IMG/VR virus record: IMGVR_UViG_3300027816_000067 | Span: 72,322-124,964 of that record | Reading direction: 5' to 3' (one strand) | From: a virus | Lineage: Duplodnaviria; Heunggongvirae; Uroviricota; Caudoviricetes; Crassvirales | DNA length: 52,643 nucleotides | Shown: piece by piece, positions 39,418-47,533 of the stretch | Position numbering within the stretch: position 1 is the stretch's first letter | Layout: each line of letters opens with the position of its first letter | Position numbers and translations under genes: made by a program | The notes under the pieces: generated by a model | Seen by the model: only the letters and a program-made list of their open reading frames with translations | Databases searched by the model: none | What the model was told of the DNA's origin: nothing

Positions 39418-39479
39418 AGTATACAAATATTACATTTGTGCCATAGGTTGTCATTGTTTTAGGTCGAAAGGGCCGCGTT

Positions 39480-39533
39480 TTAAAGCCGATTACTCAAAGC
39501 CGCAAGCCTTGCCGCGTCCCAAAGGTGATTGTT
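39480..39533 (-). pseudogene. Relic second copy of the TerL 3' end
   Basis: Encodes NNHLWDAARLAALSNRL* versus TerL end NDHLWDATRMTVLGNRL* (11/17 aa, 32/54 nt identical). Confidence 0.85.
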
Positions 39534-39535
39534 TG

Positions 39536-40954
39536 TCAAAGTCGATTACCTAACACTGTCATTCGGGTTGCATCCCACAAATGGTCATTACCATCAATGG
39601 GGTCATCTGTAGTTACCCAAATACCGTTTACTCGAGCCCGTGCTTTCGTGTAGCCGCTTTGCTCCTTACGCCATTCCGGGCAATCGACAATGTGAATGCG
39701 ATACTTTAGCAGCGCTGAGTTGCCAAACTTGCGCGACCCTGGGTAAGTGTTAGCCGCCAAGACTCGGAAACCTTCGCGCCTACAAGCGGCAATCATGCCA
39801 CGGCCCCCATCATCTCCAGAGGGATCGGCCCAAACCGTTTCGCCCTGTGAAGGCAAATTTTGTTTGAGCAATGGCATAAGCTCATTTGGGCTGGGCGTTG
39901 GTTGGTAGAACATCTTTTGCAGATAGATGTTGTTGCCCATTACCCCTACCTTAACTAAGGCAGACGGACTTGTAGTGTATCCAAAATCCAAGCCCCAGTA
40001 GATTTTCTCGATGTTGGCTGGGAAATTTTGAACCCAAACCACATTCGGGAAAATCAAACCTTCGGGTGCGCGTCTTTCACCCTCACCGTAAACCGACCAA
40101 TTGTAAGCGTCAGCCGTGCCGGTTGCCTCGTTGTACTTGCACCGCTCCAGTTCGGACAGATCGGCCCGGTCAAAGCCTTTCGTATTGGCTTGTGTGTCGT
40201 ATGCCTTTGCCAGGTTGACCGCGTTTACAACTTCATTAACCTGATCGCTTTTGGCCCCGAATGCCTTAGCAATGCGGGAGGCGGCAATCGGTTGGTAGCT
40301 TTCAATCTTTGACCGTTCGTTGGGCGAGATAAACGGGTTATCGTGGTACGTGGTCTTTAGATAGCCCACGTCCGACCGTGGCATGACCGAATTGAAAATG
40401 TAGTGATCCGCGTATTTTGGGTTAAAATCCGCAAACCAAAACTTACGGCAGCGCATGGTGGCCTGATCGAATACCTCTTTAGGTATGTCCAGAACTTCAT
40501 TGAAGTACACGTAATCGGAGCCGGCACCCATAAATTTTGACAAATCGCCATCTGCACCTAAAAAATTTACCCGGTTGCCGAATAGCTTGAAAGTCGATAT
40601 TTCCTGTTTTCGAAGAAAAGGGTTATCGACTATACCAAAGTCTGAAAGCCTCTTTGCATAGTCATCGTACAGGGTTGTCTTGAAGCTGTTGTACGTATCG
40701 CGTATTACGTTTATCGTTGCGTTTGTTTCGAATGTGGAGGTTAGCATTACCTGAAAGTCAATCGCAGCCGTGGTCTTTCCGGATCGGCTTGACCCCTCTA
40801 AAAGCAACCCGGACTTTATGCCGCGCGTCTGGCATTCGGCTTGATATTGCTCGTAGCTAATCTGCTTTTTTTGGTAAGCGCTAAATAATTCACTTCGCTC
40901 TTTGTGCCGGAGTTGTTTGGATAAAAACGAAAGATTGGGATTGATTAAAGGCAT
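39536..40954 (-). CDS. terL: Terminase large subunit
   Basis: Walker A LEGSSRSGKT, YVYFNE Walker B, FNP, YWGLDFG nuclease motif, DHLWDATR C-terminal motif. Confidence 0.93.
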   Translation of the reverse strand: MPLINPNLSFLSKQLRHKERSELFSAYQKKQISYEQYQAECQTRGIKSGLLLEGSSRSGKTTAAIDFQVMLTSTFETNATINVIRDTYNSFKTTLYDDYAKRLSDFGIVDNPFLRKQEISTFKLFGNRVNFLGADGDLSKFMGAGSDYVYFNEVLDIPKEVFDQATMRCRKFWFADFNPKYADHYIFNSVMPRSDVGYLKTTYHDNPFISPNERSKIESYQPIAASRIAKAFGAKSDQVNEVVNAVNLAKAYDTQANTKGFDRADLSELERCKYNEATGTADAYNWSVYGEGERRAPEGLIFPNVVWVQNFPANIEKIYWGLDFGYTTSPSALVKVGVMGNNIYLQKMFYQPTPSPNELMPLLKQNLPSQGETVWADPSGDDGGRGMIAACRREGFRVLAANTYPGSRKFGNSALLKYRIHIVDCPEWRKEQSGYTKARARVNGIWVTTDDPIDGNDHLWDATRMTVLGNRL

Positions 40955-41197
40955 TTACTTTACTACAGTCGCAATCAGTTCCCCGTTTACGATCAAATCA
41001 CGCACCACGACGCGCTTTGTTTCGAATAGCACCCCCGCATTAGTGTGCCCGCAATAATAGCAGCACCTGGAAACGTAACGGGCGCGGTGTTCATTCAATA
41101 CTGTTTCGCATGCCGGGCATATCTGCACGGTGTAATACTCGCCCCAGCGCGACCCTGGCGGCATATACTGGTCGGATATCCGCTTTACTTGCGTCAT
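40955..41197 (-). CDS. Small Cys-rich (Zn-finger) protein
   Basis: CPAC and CCYYC motifs. Confidence 0.5.
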   Translation of the reverse strand: MTQVKRISDQYMPPGSRWGEYYTVQICPACETVLNEHRARYVSRCCYYCGHTNAGVLFETKRVVVRDLIVNGELIATVVK

Positions 41198-41237
41198 CTT
41201 AGCGCGGTCGGTTTGTTGGCCGGGAAATGGAAAGAGG

Positions 41238-41576
41238 TCATTCCGCTTTCAATTGATCCGGGAAAAGGTCTGAGGTTGTCTTGCGGGTGTCAACAATTCC
41301 CGTAAAATCCACGGTCTGCTTTGCTTTGCCCTCGGTTCTGTCAAAAATCTGTTCAATCGCCCGTATATCCCCGTCATTTGCTTTCTTTAACAGTTTGCGA
41401 ATGATGACTTCCTGAAACTGCCTGCGCTCCTTCTTGCCATCAATGACCACTTCAACATCCTCCTCCAGCATTTCCTTTAGGATGGTCGAAAGGTTACGGC
41501 TACCCTTTGGCCTGCCGTTGGGGTTGCCTGATTCGCCTTCTTTAAATTGGTTAAGATGTTCGTTAGGTATTGGCAT
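41238..41576 (-). CDS. terS: Terminase small subunit-like protein
   Basis: FKEGESGNPNGRPKG motif, GDIRAIEQIFDRTEGK; upstream of terL. Confidence 0.75.
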   Translation of the reverse strand: MPIPNEHLNQFKEGESGNPNGRPKGSRNLSTILKEMLEEDVEVVIDGKKERRQFQEVIIRKLLKKANDGDIRAIEQIFDRTEGKAKQTVDFTGIVDTRKTTSDLFPDQLKAE

Positions 41577-42863
41577 GTGCCTGTATTTCGCCTGTTTTAA
41601 CGTATTCCTGCCCGTTTCGCTTAATCTTCAAAGACGGGTCGAGTTTAAGCATCCGGTCGATGATTACTTGGCAGTATTTGGGGTCGAGTTCCATGCCGTA
41701 ACATTTGCGGTTGAGTTGGTGGGCGGCTACCATTGTTGTGCCGCTGCCTAAAAACAAATCCAAAACCATATCATCTTTACGACTTGCGTGTTCAACGGCT
41801 TTTGCAGCCAATTCAACGGGCTTCATTGTTGGGTGTTCTTCTGACTTCTTGGGCCTCGGTATGTCCCACACGTTTGTCTGTGTGCGGTCACCATAAAACG
41901 TTGTGCCGTTATCAACCCACCCAAACCAAATGGGCTCGTATTTATTCTGATATTTACCCCTTCCGAGAGTAAATTGGTCTTTATTCCAATAACAGTCGAA
42001 CAATGAAGTGCTTTATCGGCAGCCATAAACATTATTCTACCATCATGGCCTGGGGGGCCAGCCATATAAACACATCCCTTATTAAACAAAACAATATTTG
42101 AAATAAACCCAGTGCAGAATGTTTCAAAATCCTCCCCACTCATGTTGTCGTTCTCTATTTCTCTTTGCTTAAACTTGGGGTGTTTTATATTGCCGTAGTT
42201 GATATTGTAAGGAGGATCGGTAAAAACCATATCAGCCTTTTGCCCATTCATCAACCTACCCACCGCATCCGAATCCGTACTATCCCCACAAAGCAACCTA
42301 TGCTCCCCAATCTCAAACAAATCGCCAAGTACTATATCGGTTTCAATTCCACCTTCAGGAACATCAAAGTCATCTTCCTCCGCATCAAGCTGTTGAATAT
42401 CAGGAACATCAAGACCCCATTCGGTCAGTTTGTTAGCATCCCATTCATTCGCCAACACATCCCAATCCCACTCACCGCCTGACACGTTGTCTTTTATTAT
42501 AAACTCCCTTTGCTGCTCCTCTGACCAATCGGCCACGATAACTGGCACTTCTTTCATTCCTGCTTCGATGCATGCTTTGAGGCGCATATTGCCACCTAGC
42601 ACGATCATATCTTTGTTTACCACGATAGGCCGCTTGTTGAGCATATCGGGAAAGTCTTTGATGGACTGGACTAGCTTTTTAAACTTGTCGTCCTTTATTA
42701 GCCTTGGATTGTTCGGGTTGGGCTTAATCTTTGAAACTGAAATTGTCATGCTCCCTCCATTACGTAGTGTGTCAGCTTGCTTCCACGTGGAACGTTCCCG
42801 TTTAGCCGCAAAGATCAAGATTAACAGGATTATAAATACGGCTAAAGTCAGGTAACGTTTCAT
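41563..42863 (-). pseudogene. ParB-like nuclease domain + N6-adenine/N4-cytosine DNA methyltransferase, split by a frameshift near 41987-41992
   Basis: ORF 41823-42863: IKPNPNNPR ParB domain, RLLCGDS, FTDPPY. ORF 41563-42003: WNKD...YEPIWFGW, HPTMKP, VLDLFLGSGTT. Junction GTT AT-TGG AAT lacks one base. Confidence 0.8.
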
Positions 42864-43045
42864 TTCTCGTTGATGTACGGCTTACCAGCAACCCTGACAA
42901 CCTCGAAGTTGCGGAGGCACTCGTGTTTGCCCCGGTACTTGGTGACCGATTCGGGGTAGCCTTTGATTAGCTGATAGACGTAAACGTGGGAAATGTTGTG
43001 TTTTGCGGCAAATTTAGCGGGGGTCAATAGTTCGTTGTTTTCCAT
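42860..43045 (-). CDS. Small HTH DNA-binding protein (Cro/Xis/MerR-like)
   Basis: LLTPAKFAAKHNISHVYVYQLIK helix-turn-helix pattern; first gene of the leftward operon. Confidence 0.65.
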   Translation of the reverse strand: MENNELLTPAKFAAKHNISHVYVYQLIKGYPESVTKYRGKHECLRNFEVVRVAGKPYINEK

Positions 43046-43073
43046 GAAATAGCTGTTTTAGCCGCAATTATAA

Positions 43074-43104
43074 CAAATTTAACGGTATTATAAAAATATT
43101 TAAA
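43074..43104 (-). promoter_or_regulatory. Leftward Bacteroidota sigma promoter
   Basis: Minus strand TTTA-N19-TAAATTTG, against consensus TTTG-N19-21-TAnnTTTG. Confidence 0.65.
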
Positions 43105-43121
43105 AAAAGATTGTCAATAGT

Positions 43122-43156
43122 TTTGTGGTTTGGTGTAAAGTGTTTACATTTGTAAA
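43122..43156 (+). promoter_or_regulatory. Rightward Bacteroidota sigma promoter with TGTAAA/TTTACA operator repeats
   Basis: TTTG(43122)-N19-TACATTTG(43145-43152); half-sites TGTAAA 43134, TTTACA 43143, TGTAAA 43151. Confidence 0.7.
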
Positions 43157-43160
43157 GTAA

Positions 43161-43412
43161 TTGAAACGGGAACATATGAAAACTTGGCCGCGCGAAACAA
43201 CAATACCGGGATGGTATAACGAAGAAATTGAAATGACCGTTAGGCTGCATGAGCAGCAGCTACAAGAGGGCGGGGAAATTATACACGAAATTGAAGTGGT
43301 AAACAACCCCGAAGGACTTAACGACCGCGATCAAATTGAAAGCATTATGCGTCACTTTAGCGATTCTTTTGGCAAGATGTTTACAGACAACCCTCAAATT
43401 ATAACTTTATAA
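43161..43412 (+). CDS. Hypothetical early protein
   Basis: First ORF after the rightward promoter. Confidence 0.55.
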   Translation: MKREHMKTWPRETTIPGWYNEEIEMTVRLHEQQLQEGGEIIHEIEVVNNPEGLNDRDQIESIMRHFSDSFGKMFTDNPQIITL

Positions 43413-43431
43413 CTTTTAAACCAATAAAAAA

Positions 43432-43677
43432 ATGAAAGCATTTGTCGAGGAAATTCTTCAACCAAACGGACGCGGCCATTATCTTGTATTTGGAGCCCAC
43501 CGCGCTTACGACTATGACCGCAAGTTTACCCAATGTTTTGTATTTAATCCTAACCCTGAGTTTGACCAAAAAGTATGGGGTAAGGATTTAGCTTATAAAC
43601 AGGCGATGGAGTACGTTAAGCGAATTGAAGAAATGACAGCAGAAAAGAAAACAATAATTTACCAAACGCCTGATTAA
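43432..43677 (+). CDS. Hypothetical protein
   Basis: 81-aa ORF with AT-rich translation start context. Confidence 0.6.
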   Translation: MKAFVEEILQPNGRGHYLVFGAHRAYDYDRKFTQCFVFNPNPEFDQKVWGKDLAYKQAMEYVKRIEEMTAEKKTIIYQTPD

Positions 43678-43699
43678 TGAGCGCCACACAAACGAGACT

Positions 43700-44335
43700 T
43701 TGAAAACATCCGTGACTTTTAATATGGAAACGCCTAAAGTACCCGCTAAAATTGAAAGCAACCTGCCCACGTTGCAAGAACTGTTTGATGACAGCCTAGA
43801 AGTAGCCGCAAAATCGGAGGGCTTAAATGCCATTTTAAACACCCAACCGCCTGAGAAGTGGATTAAGGAACATCCATTTATAAAGATGGATTCCAAAGAT
43901 GCCAACGGTAATCCTATTAAAATACCTTACAGATACTTGCCAATTGACCGAGTTGAGTTCCTTCTAAGGAAGATATTTAAGCGGTTTTGGGTAGAGATTA
44001 CAGGCCAGGGAACTGCTTTCAACGGGGTTTGGGTTACTGTTAGGATTCATTATTTTAATCCAGCCACTAATGAAATGGCTTGTTCTGATGGGATAGGGTC
44101 AGTTCAATTACAGACCGCAAAGGGAACAAGTCCTGCTGATTTGGTTAATATCAATAATGGAGCTTTGGCAATGGCTTTCCCTGCCGCTAAGACATACGCC
44201 ATAAAGGATGCGGCTGAGCTGATAGGTAATATATTTGGAGCCAACATAAGCCGCAAAGATACCCTTGCCTTTGTGCCTGATGAAACCATACTAGCAAAAG
44301 TTAAATCCAATAAAGAAAAGCTCAATGGAAATTAA
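43700..44335 (+). CDS. ssDNA-annealing recombinase (Sak/Rad52- or ERF-like)
   Basis: YRYLPIDRVEFLL, A.PAAKTYAIKDAA..IG.IFG; adjacent to exonuclease and SSB; TTG start. Confidence 0.7.
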   Translation: MKTSVTFNMETPKVPAKIESNLPTLQELFDDSLEVAAKSEGLNAILNTQPPEKWIKEHPFIKMDSKDANGNPIKIPYRYLPIDRVEFLLRKIFKRFWVEITGQGTAFNGVWVTVRIHYFNPATNEMACSDGIGSVQLQTAKGTSPADLVNINNGALAMAFPAAKTYAIKDAAELIGNIFGANISRKDTLAFVPDETILAKVKSNKEKLNGN

Positions 44336-45059
44336 AAGATTCATATTCGAGAATAAAAACGACTGGATGGAGGTTCGTAAGGACTTGTTCACCGGATCGA
44401 GGATTAGCGAAATAATGCCAAACGGTAAGCGATTGATGACAGAGGAGGAACTAATCGCCTACAAAAAAGAGAACCCTAAAAGCAAAGCAAAATATATTGA
44501 GGATGAAACCGCTTTAGGGGATGGGGCTATTTCTTACATTTTGGAAATCATTCAGAGATTAGAGGGAGCGCCTAAAGATGAATATTACTCTAACTCTATG
44601 GAGTGGGGTAACGATCAGGAGCCTAACGCTGTACTTCGTTACTGTCAGGATTACGGGTTTGATCTTTACGCTGATGATGTAATTTATACAAGCGTGGGAG
44701 GTACTGTATTCTTTACAGGTGATGACTTGCTAGGGTGTACTCCTGATGTAATTCTTCCCACTAAAATAGTACAAGTTAAATGCCCTGATTCAAGCACTCA
44801 CCTACGGTATAAACTGTTTTTGAATGAGGATAATTTCCAAGAATCGGAAAGCAAATACTTCTATCAGATGCAATTGGAAATGATGCTCACCGAAAGAAAG
44901 CAGGGTGATTTCTTTTCCTTTGACCCAAGATTCAAAAGAGAAAAAATGCAGACCCATAAAGTAGAGGTAGCCGCTGATATTGATGTGCAAAATGCTATCT
45001 TTAGAAAGGCTAAACTTTGTAAGGCTAAGATAAACGAATTTATAAACGAATTAAAATAA
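44325..45059 (+). CDS. YqaJ/lambda-exonuclease family nuclease
   Basis: FTGSRI, MEWGNDQEPNA, LGCTPD, QVKCP, YFYQMQ motifs. Confidence 0.88.
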   Translation: MEIKRFIFENKNDWMEVRKDLFTGSRISEIMPNGKRLMTEEELIAYKKENPKSKAKYIEDETALGDGAISYILEIIQRLEGAPKDEYYSNSMEWGNDQEPNAVLRYCQDYGFDLYADDVIYTSVGGTVFFTGDDLLGCTPDVILPTKIVQVKCPDSSTHLRYKLFLNEDNFQESESKYFYQMQLEMMLTERKQGDFFSFDPRFKREKMQTHKVEVAADIDVQNAIFRKAKLCKAKINEFINELK

Positions 45060-45322
45060 TGGCATACGAACAAAAACCCAATAGCGGAACGCTATTTAAG
45101 AACGAAAGAAAAACCGCCAGCAACCACCCGGACTATACGGGTAAATGGATGGATATAACCGGTAAGGTCTGGAATCTTGCCGGATGGGTGAAGCAGGGGA
45201 AGAAAGGCAATTTTTTAAGTCTATCGGCCAGCGAGATCAGGACTAACTCGGCTGATGGTGCGCCAAGTACTCCCCCTTCACAAACTATTGAAACAAGATA
45301 CGAAGATGACTTACCATTTTAA
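45059..45322 (+). CDS. ssb: Short single-stranded DNA-binding protein
   Basis: NSGTLFKN...HPDYTG...LAGW...FLSLS fold and acidic DDLPF C-terminus. Confidence 0.7.
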   Translation: MAYEQKPNSGTLFKNERKTASNHPDYTGKWMDITGKVWNLAGWVKQGKKGNFLSLSASEIRTNSADGAPSTPPSQTIETRYEDDLPF

Positions 45323-45476
45323 ACCATGAGCGCAACAACACAAACCCCGGAACCCATGCGAAAACTTGTAATATGGTTTTTGCTGCTGATCGTGGCAATA
45401 ATGGCCATGCACTTCTTTACTTGCTGTCAGTCGGTTTACCCCGCTGAAAACAAGGTATTGAAACAAGATACGAAGA
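45286..45476 (+). repeat. Perfect 21-bp direct repeat TATTGAAACAAGATACGAAGA (45286-45306 and 45456-45476)
   Basis: Read directly from the sequence; 170-bp period. Confidence 0.95.
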
Positions 45477-45502
45477 GGTATAACGAAAAGGTTGGGCGGT
45501 AA
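45326..45502 (+). CDS. Small membrane/lipoprotein-like protein (58 aa)
   Basis: Manual translation ...MRKLVIWFLLLIVAIMAMHFFTCCQ...; TAATG coupling to the next gene. Confidence 0.5.
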   Translation: MSATTQTPEPMRKLVIWFLLLIVAIMAMHFFTCCQSVYPAENKVLKQDTKRYNEKVGR

Positions 45503-45822
45503 TGCAACTTGATTTTTTCGAACCCAAACAGCGGCCATCGTTCCACAACTCCGTGCCCATACACGGCAAGGAATTGATACAGGCCGAACGTAACGCGAAG
45601 GCGCAAGAGGCGCGGGTGTTAACAATATTTCAGGAAACAGGGCGCGATTACAACGCCTGGGAAATGTACCAAACATATCAGGAACGGTTTGGACTGGCTT
45701 TGAAGGATTCGATTAAACGGGCGCTTACCAACCTGACAACCGAGGGCAAGCTGGAACGGACTAACGTAATGCGGCCCGGACAATGGGGCGCGGGAAATTC
45801 GGTTTACAGGCTATGCAAGTAA
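45502..45822 (+). CDS. Winged-helix DNA-binding protein
   Basis: VLTIFQ...SIKRALTNLTTEGKLERT pattern. Confidence 0.55.
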   Translation: MQLDFFEPKQRPSFHNSVPIHGKELIQAERNAKAQEARVLTIFQETGRDYNAWEMYQTYQERFGLALKDSIKRALTNLTTEGKLERTNVMRPGQWGAGNSVYRLCK

Positions 45823-46010
45823 CAGACTACCCTAAACACTTCGACACCGAAGTTAAGGCACAAGGCGAGGCCGAGCGGTTGTCGGCTGAATATGACAGCC
45901 TTGTTTACGTCATCGCCTCCACGTTTGGCGGCTATTGGGTGGACGTGGTGTATGACATCTACTCGGATGAAACGTTAATAGCGACTTGGTATAACGGGCA
46001 ACTGCAATAG
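45813..46010 (+). CDS. Hypothetical protein (likely start MQVTDY)
   Basis: ORF 45783-46010; the internal ATG at 45813 gives a shorter overlap. Confidence 0.5.
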   Translation: MQVTDYPKHFDTEVKAQGEAERLSAEYDSLVYVIASTFGGYWVDVVYDIYSDETLIATWYNGQLQ

Positions 46011-46121
46011 TATGCCACGGAAATACACAAAGGCAAGGCGGGAAGCTCGTAAACGCAACAAAGCGATTTATGACCGCCTGTACTATCAGAGAAACAAGGT
46101 TAAATTTAAAACCAAAAAAGA

Positions 46122-46325
46122 ATGCCTAAAGCGAAATCAAGTAGCGGAGACTGGAGCCGGACTCACCCCTACCTAAGAGGGATACCCGAAAACGAACGGA
46201 GTACCGCCACAATCAAACGGACGCGAAAAAAAGGAATTGATCGCAATGTGATGGTAAGCGTTAACGACATGGTTATCTGGCATTGCAAGGACGGTAAAGT
46301 ATTGATTAATGTTGCAACAGCCTGA
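46122..46325 (+). CDS. Hypothetical basic protein
   Basis: 67-aa ORF in operon direction. Confidence 0.4.
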   Translation: MPKAKSSSGDWSRTHPYLRGIPENERSTATIKRTRKKGIDRNVMVSVNDMVIWHCKDGKVLINVATA

Positions 46326-46479
46326 ACACTTTGCCACAATGGACAAGATGGCCCCCATGCTTACCCGCCTGCTGGCATTACTTGAAGTGCGCGAAGGCGT
46401 GGAATACAAGGAGGACGGTATCGTTTTCCATTACAACGCATGCGAAGTGACTGTAAAAATTAAAGAACCTAAAAAATGA
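46309..46479 (+). CDS. Hypothetical protein (56 aa)
   Basis: Manual translation; stop overlaps the ATG of the M15 peptidase. Confidence 0.45.
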   Translation: MLQQPEHFATMDKMAPMLTRLLALLEVREGVEYKEDGIVFHYNACEVTVKIKEPKK

Positions 46480-46946
46480 AACTATCCACATACCTAACAC
46501 TTGAAGAGGCTACCCGTAGCCAGACGGCCAAACGTAACGGACTGAGCAACGAGGTAACAAACCCGGAGCATCTTGAAAATCTCAAATGGCTGGCCAAAAC
46601 CGTCTACGACCCACTCAAATTTGAGTTCCCCGAAATGTTAATCCAAATTATTTACCGAACGCCAGCCGTAAACAAAGCCGTGGGCGGTGCGTTGCGCAGT
46701 CAGCATTTGGTTGGTGAGGCTGCCGACCTTGACAGCCCTGACAACAAACTCAACGCGGCCATTTTCCGGCACATCGTCAAAAACCTGCCGTTCGATCAGG
46801 TCATTTGGGAGTTTGGCAACGAGGCAAACCCCGACTGGGTACACGTAAGCTGCAAGCGCGGCAATATCGGCAACCGCAAAAAAATCACCCGCGCCATTCG
46901 CGAGGGTGGTAAAACCAGGTACATACCGTTTAACCTGCCTCTATGA
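46476..46946 (+). CDS. Peptidase M15A Zn-peptidase (endolysin-like)
   Basis: LSTYLTLEEATRS, YRTPAVNKAVGG, SQHLVGEAAD, WVHVS motifs. Confidence 0.88.
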   Translation: MKLSTYLTLEEATRSQTAKRNGLSNEVTNPEHLENLKWLAKTVYDPLKFEFPEMLIQIIYRTPAVNKAVGGALRSQHLVGEAADLDSPDNKLNAAIFRHIVKNLPFDQVIWEFGNEANPDWVHVSCKRGNIGNRKKITRAIREGGKTRYIPFNLPL

Positions 46947-47218
46947 AATACAACCTTTTTGACGGACACCGGCCAAAGCAGGAGCCAAGGTACTGCAAGC
47001 AATACGAGGCAGAAACGCTTAAAATGTTGAAACTGACCGGAATGCTATTAGTCGTGTTTATAGCCACTTTAGTAGCTGTCATGAGTATTCTTGCCAACCG
47101 GGAGGCGATAGACGCTATAAAGCCACAGTATCAAGCCTACGGGGTGTTTATTGTTTGCCTTGTTGGCGGCTGCTGGTGGGTGGTTAAATTTTTAAAGTCT
47201 CAAAATGAGCAAATGTAA
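46943..47218 (+). CDS. Two-TM membrane protein (holin-like)
   Basis: Two hydrophobic helices; coupled to the M15A gene. Confidence 0.45.
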   Translation: MKYNLFDGHRPKQEPRYCKQYEAETLKMLKLTGMLLVVFIATLVAVMSILANREAIDAIKPQYQAYGVFIVCLVGGCWWVVKFLKSQNEQM

Positions 47219-47486
47219 AACTTGTAAACACTGGAAAAATCAACAGGCAGAGTTAGGCTACTCTAAGTTTGACGGCATTTGCACAGCTAAGAATTGGCAA
47301 TATAAATTTGACAATAATAGCGCGGCAAAGGTATTAGATCGTCAAAATAGAAGTCAGGCGCATACGGGAACGCATGTATTTGAATTTCAGCATGACATTG
47401 CTCCACTAATAGCCGTACCTGAAAAAAGCCGGTATTGCTTAGTAACTCAGGATGAGTTTGGGTGTATTCACCATGCACAAAATTGA
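47205..47486 (+). CDS. Cys-rich hypothetical protein
   Basis: CKTCKHW...GIC...FGCIHH pattern. Confidence 0.55.
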   Translation: MSKCKTCKHWKNQQAELGYSKFDGICTAKNWQYKFDNNSAAKVLDRQNRSQAHTGTHVFEFQHDIAPLIAVPEKSRYCLVTQDEFGCIHHAQN

Positions 47487-47493
47487 AAAAAAC

Positions 47494-47524
47494 TTTGGTG
47501 GAAAGTAAAAATACTTTAAGTTTG
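47494..47524 (+). promoter_or_regulatory. Consensus Bacteroidota sigma promoter for replication genes
   Basis: TTTG(47494)-N19-TAAGTTTG(47517-47524), exact consensus. Confidence 0.8.
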
Positions 47525-47533
47525 TACTTTCAA

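Noticed and set aside
39480-39589. TerL tail duplication as a diversity-generating retroelement TR/VR pair
   Set aside because: Differences are not confined to adenines (mostly synonymous third-position changes), the target is not a ligand-binding domain, and no reverse transcriptase is in the window.
155-42855. Many plus-strand ORFs of 60-260 aa opposite the structural genes (e.g. 33107-33895, 32763-33353), and minus-strand ORFs opposite early genes
   Set aside because: Antisense shadows of well-supported genes, with no motifs or expression signals.
46012-46176. 54-aa Arg/Lys-rich ORF (MPRKYTKARREARKRNK...)
   Set aside because: It fits the gap but overlaps the next ORF by 55 nt and has no recognisable domain, so it is not listed as a feature.
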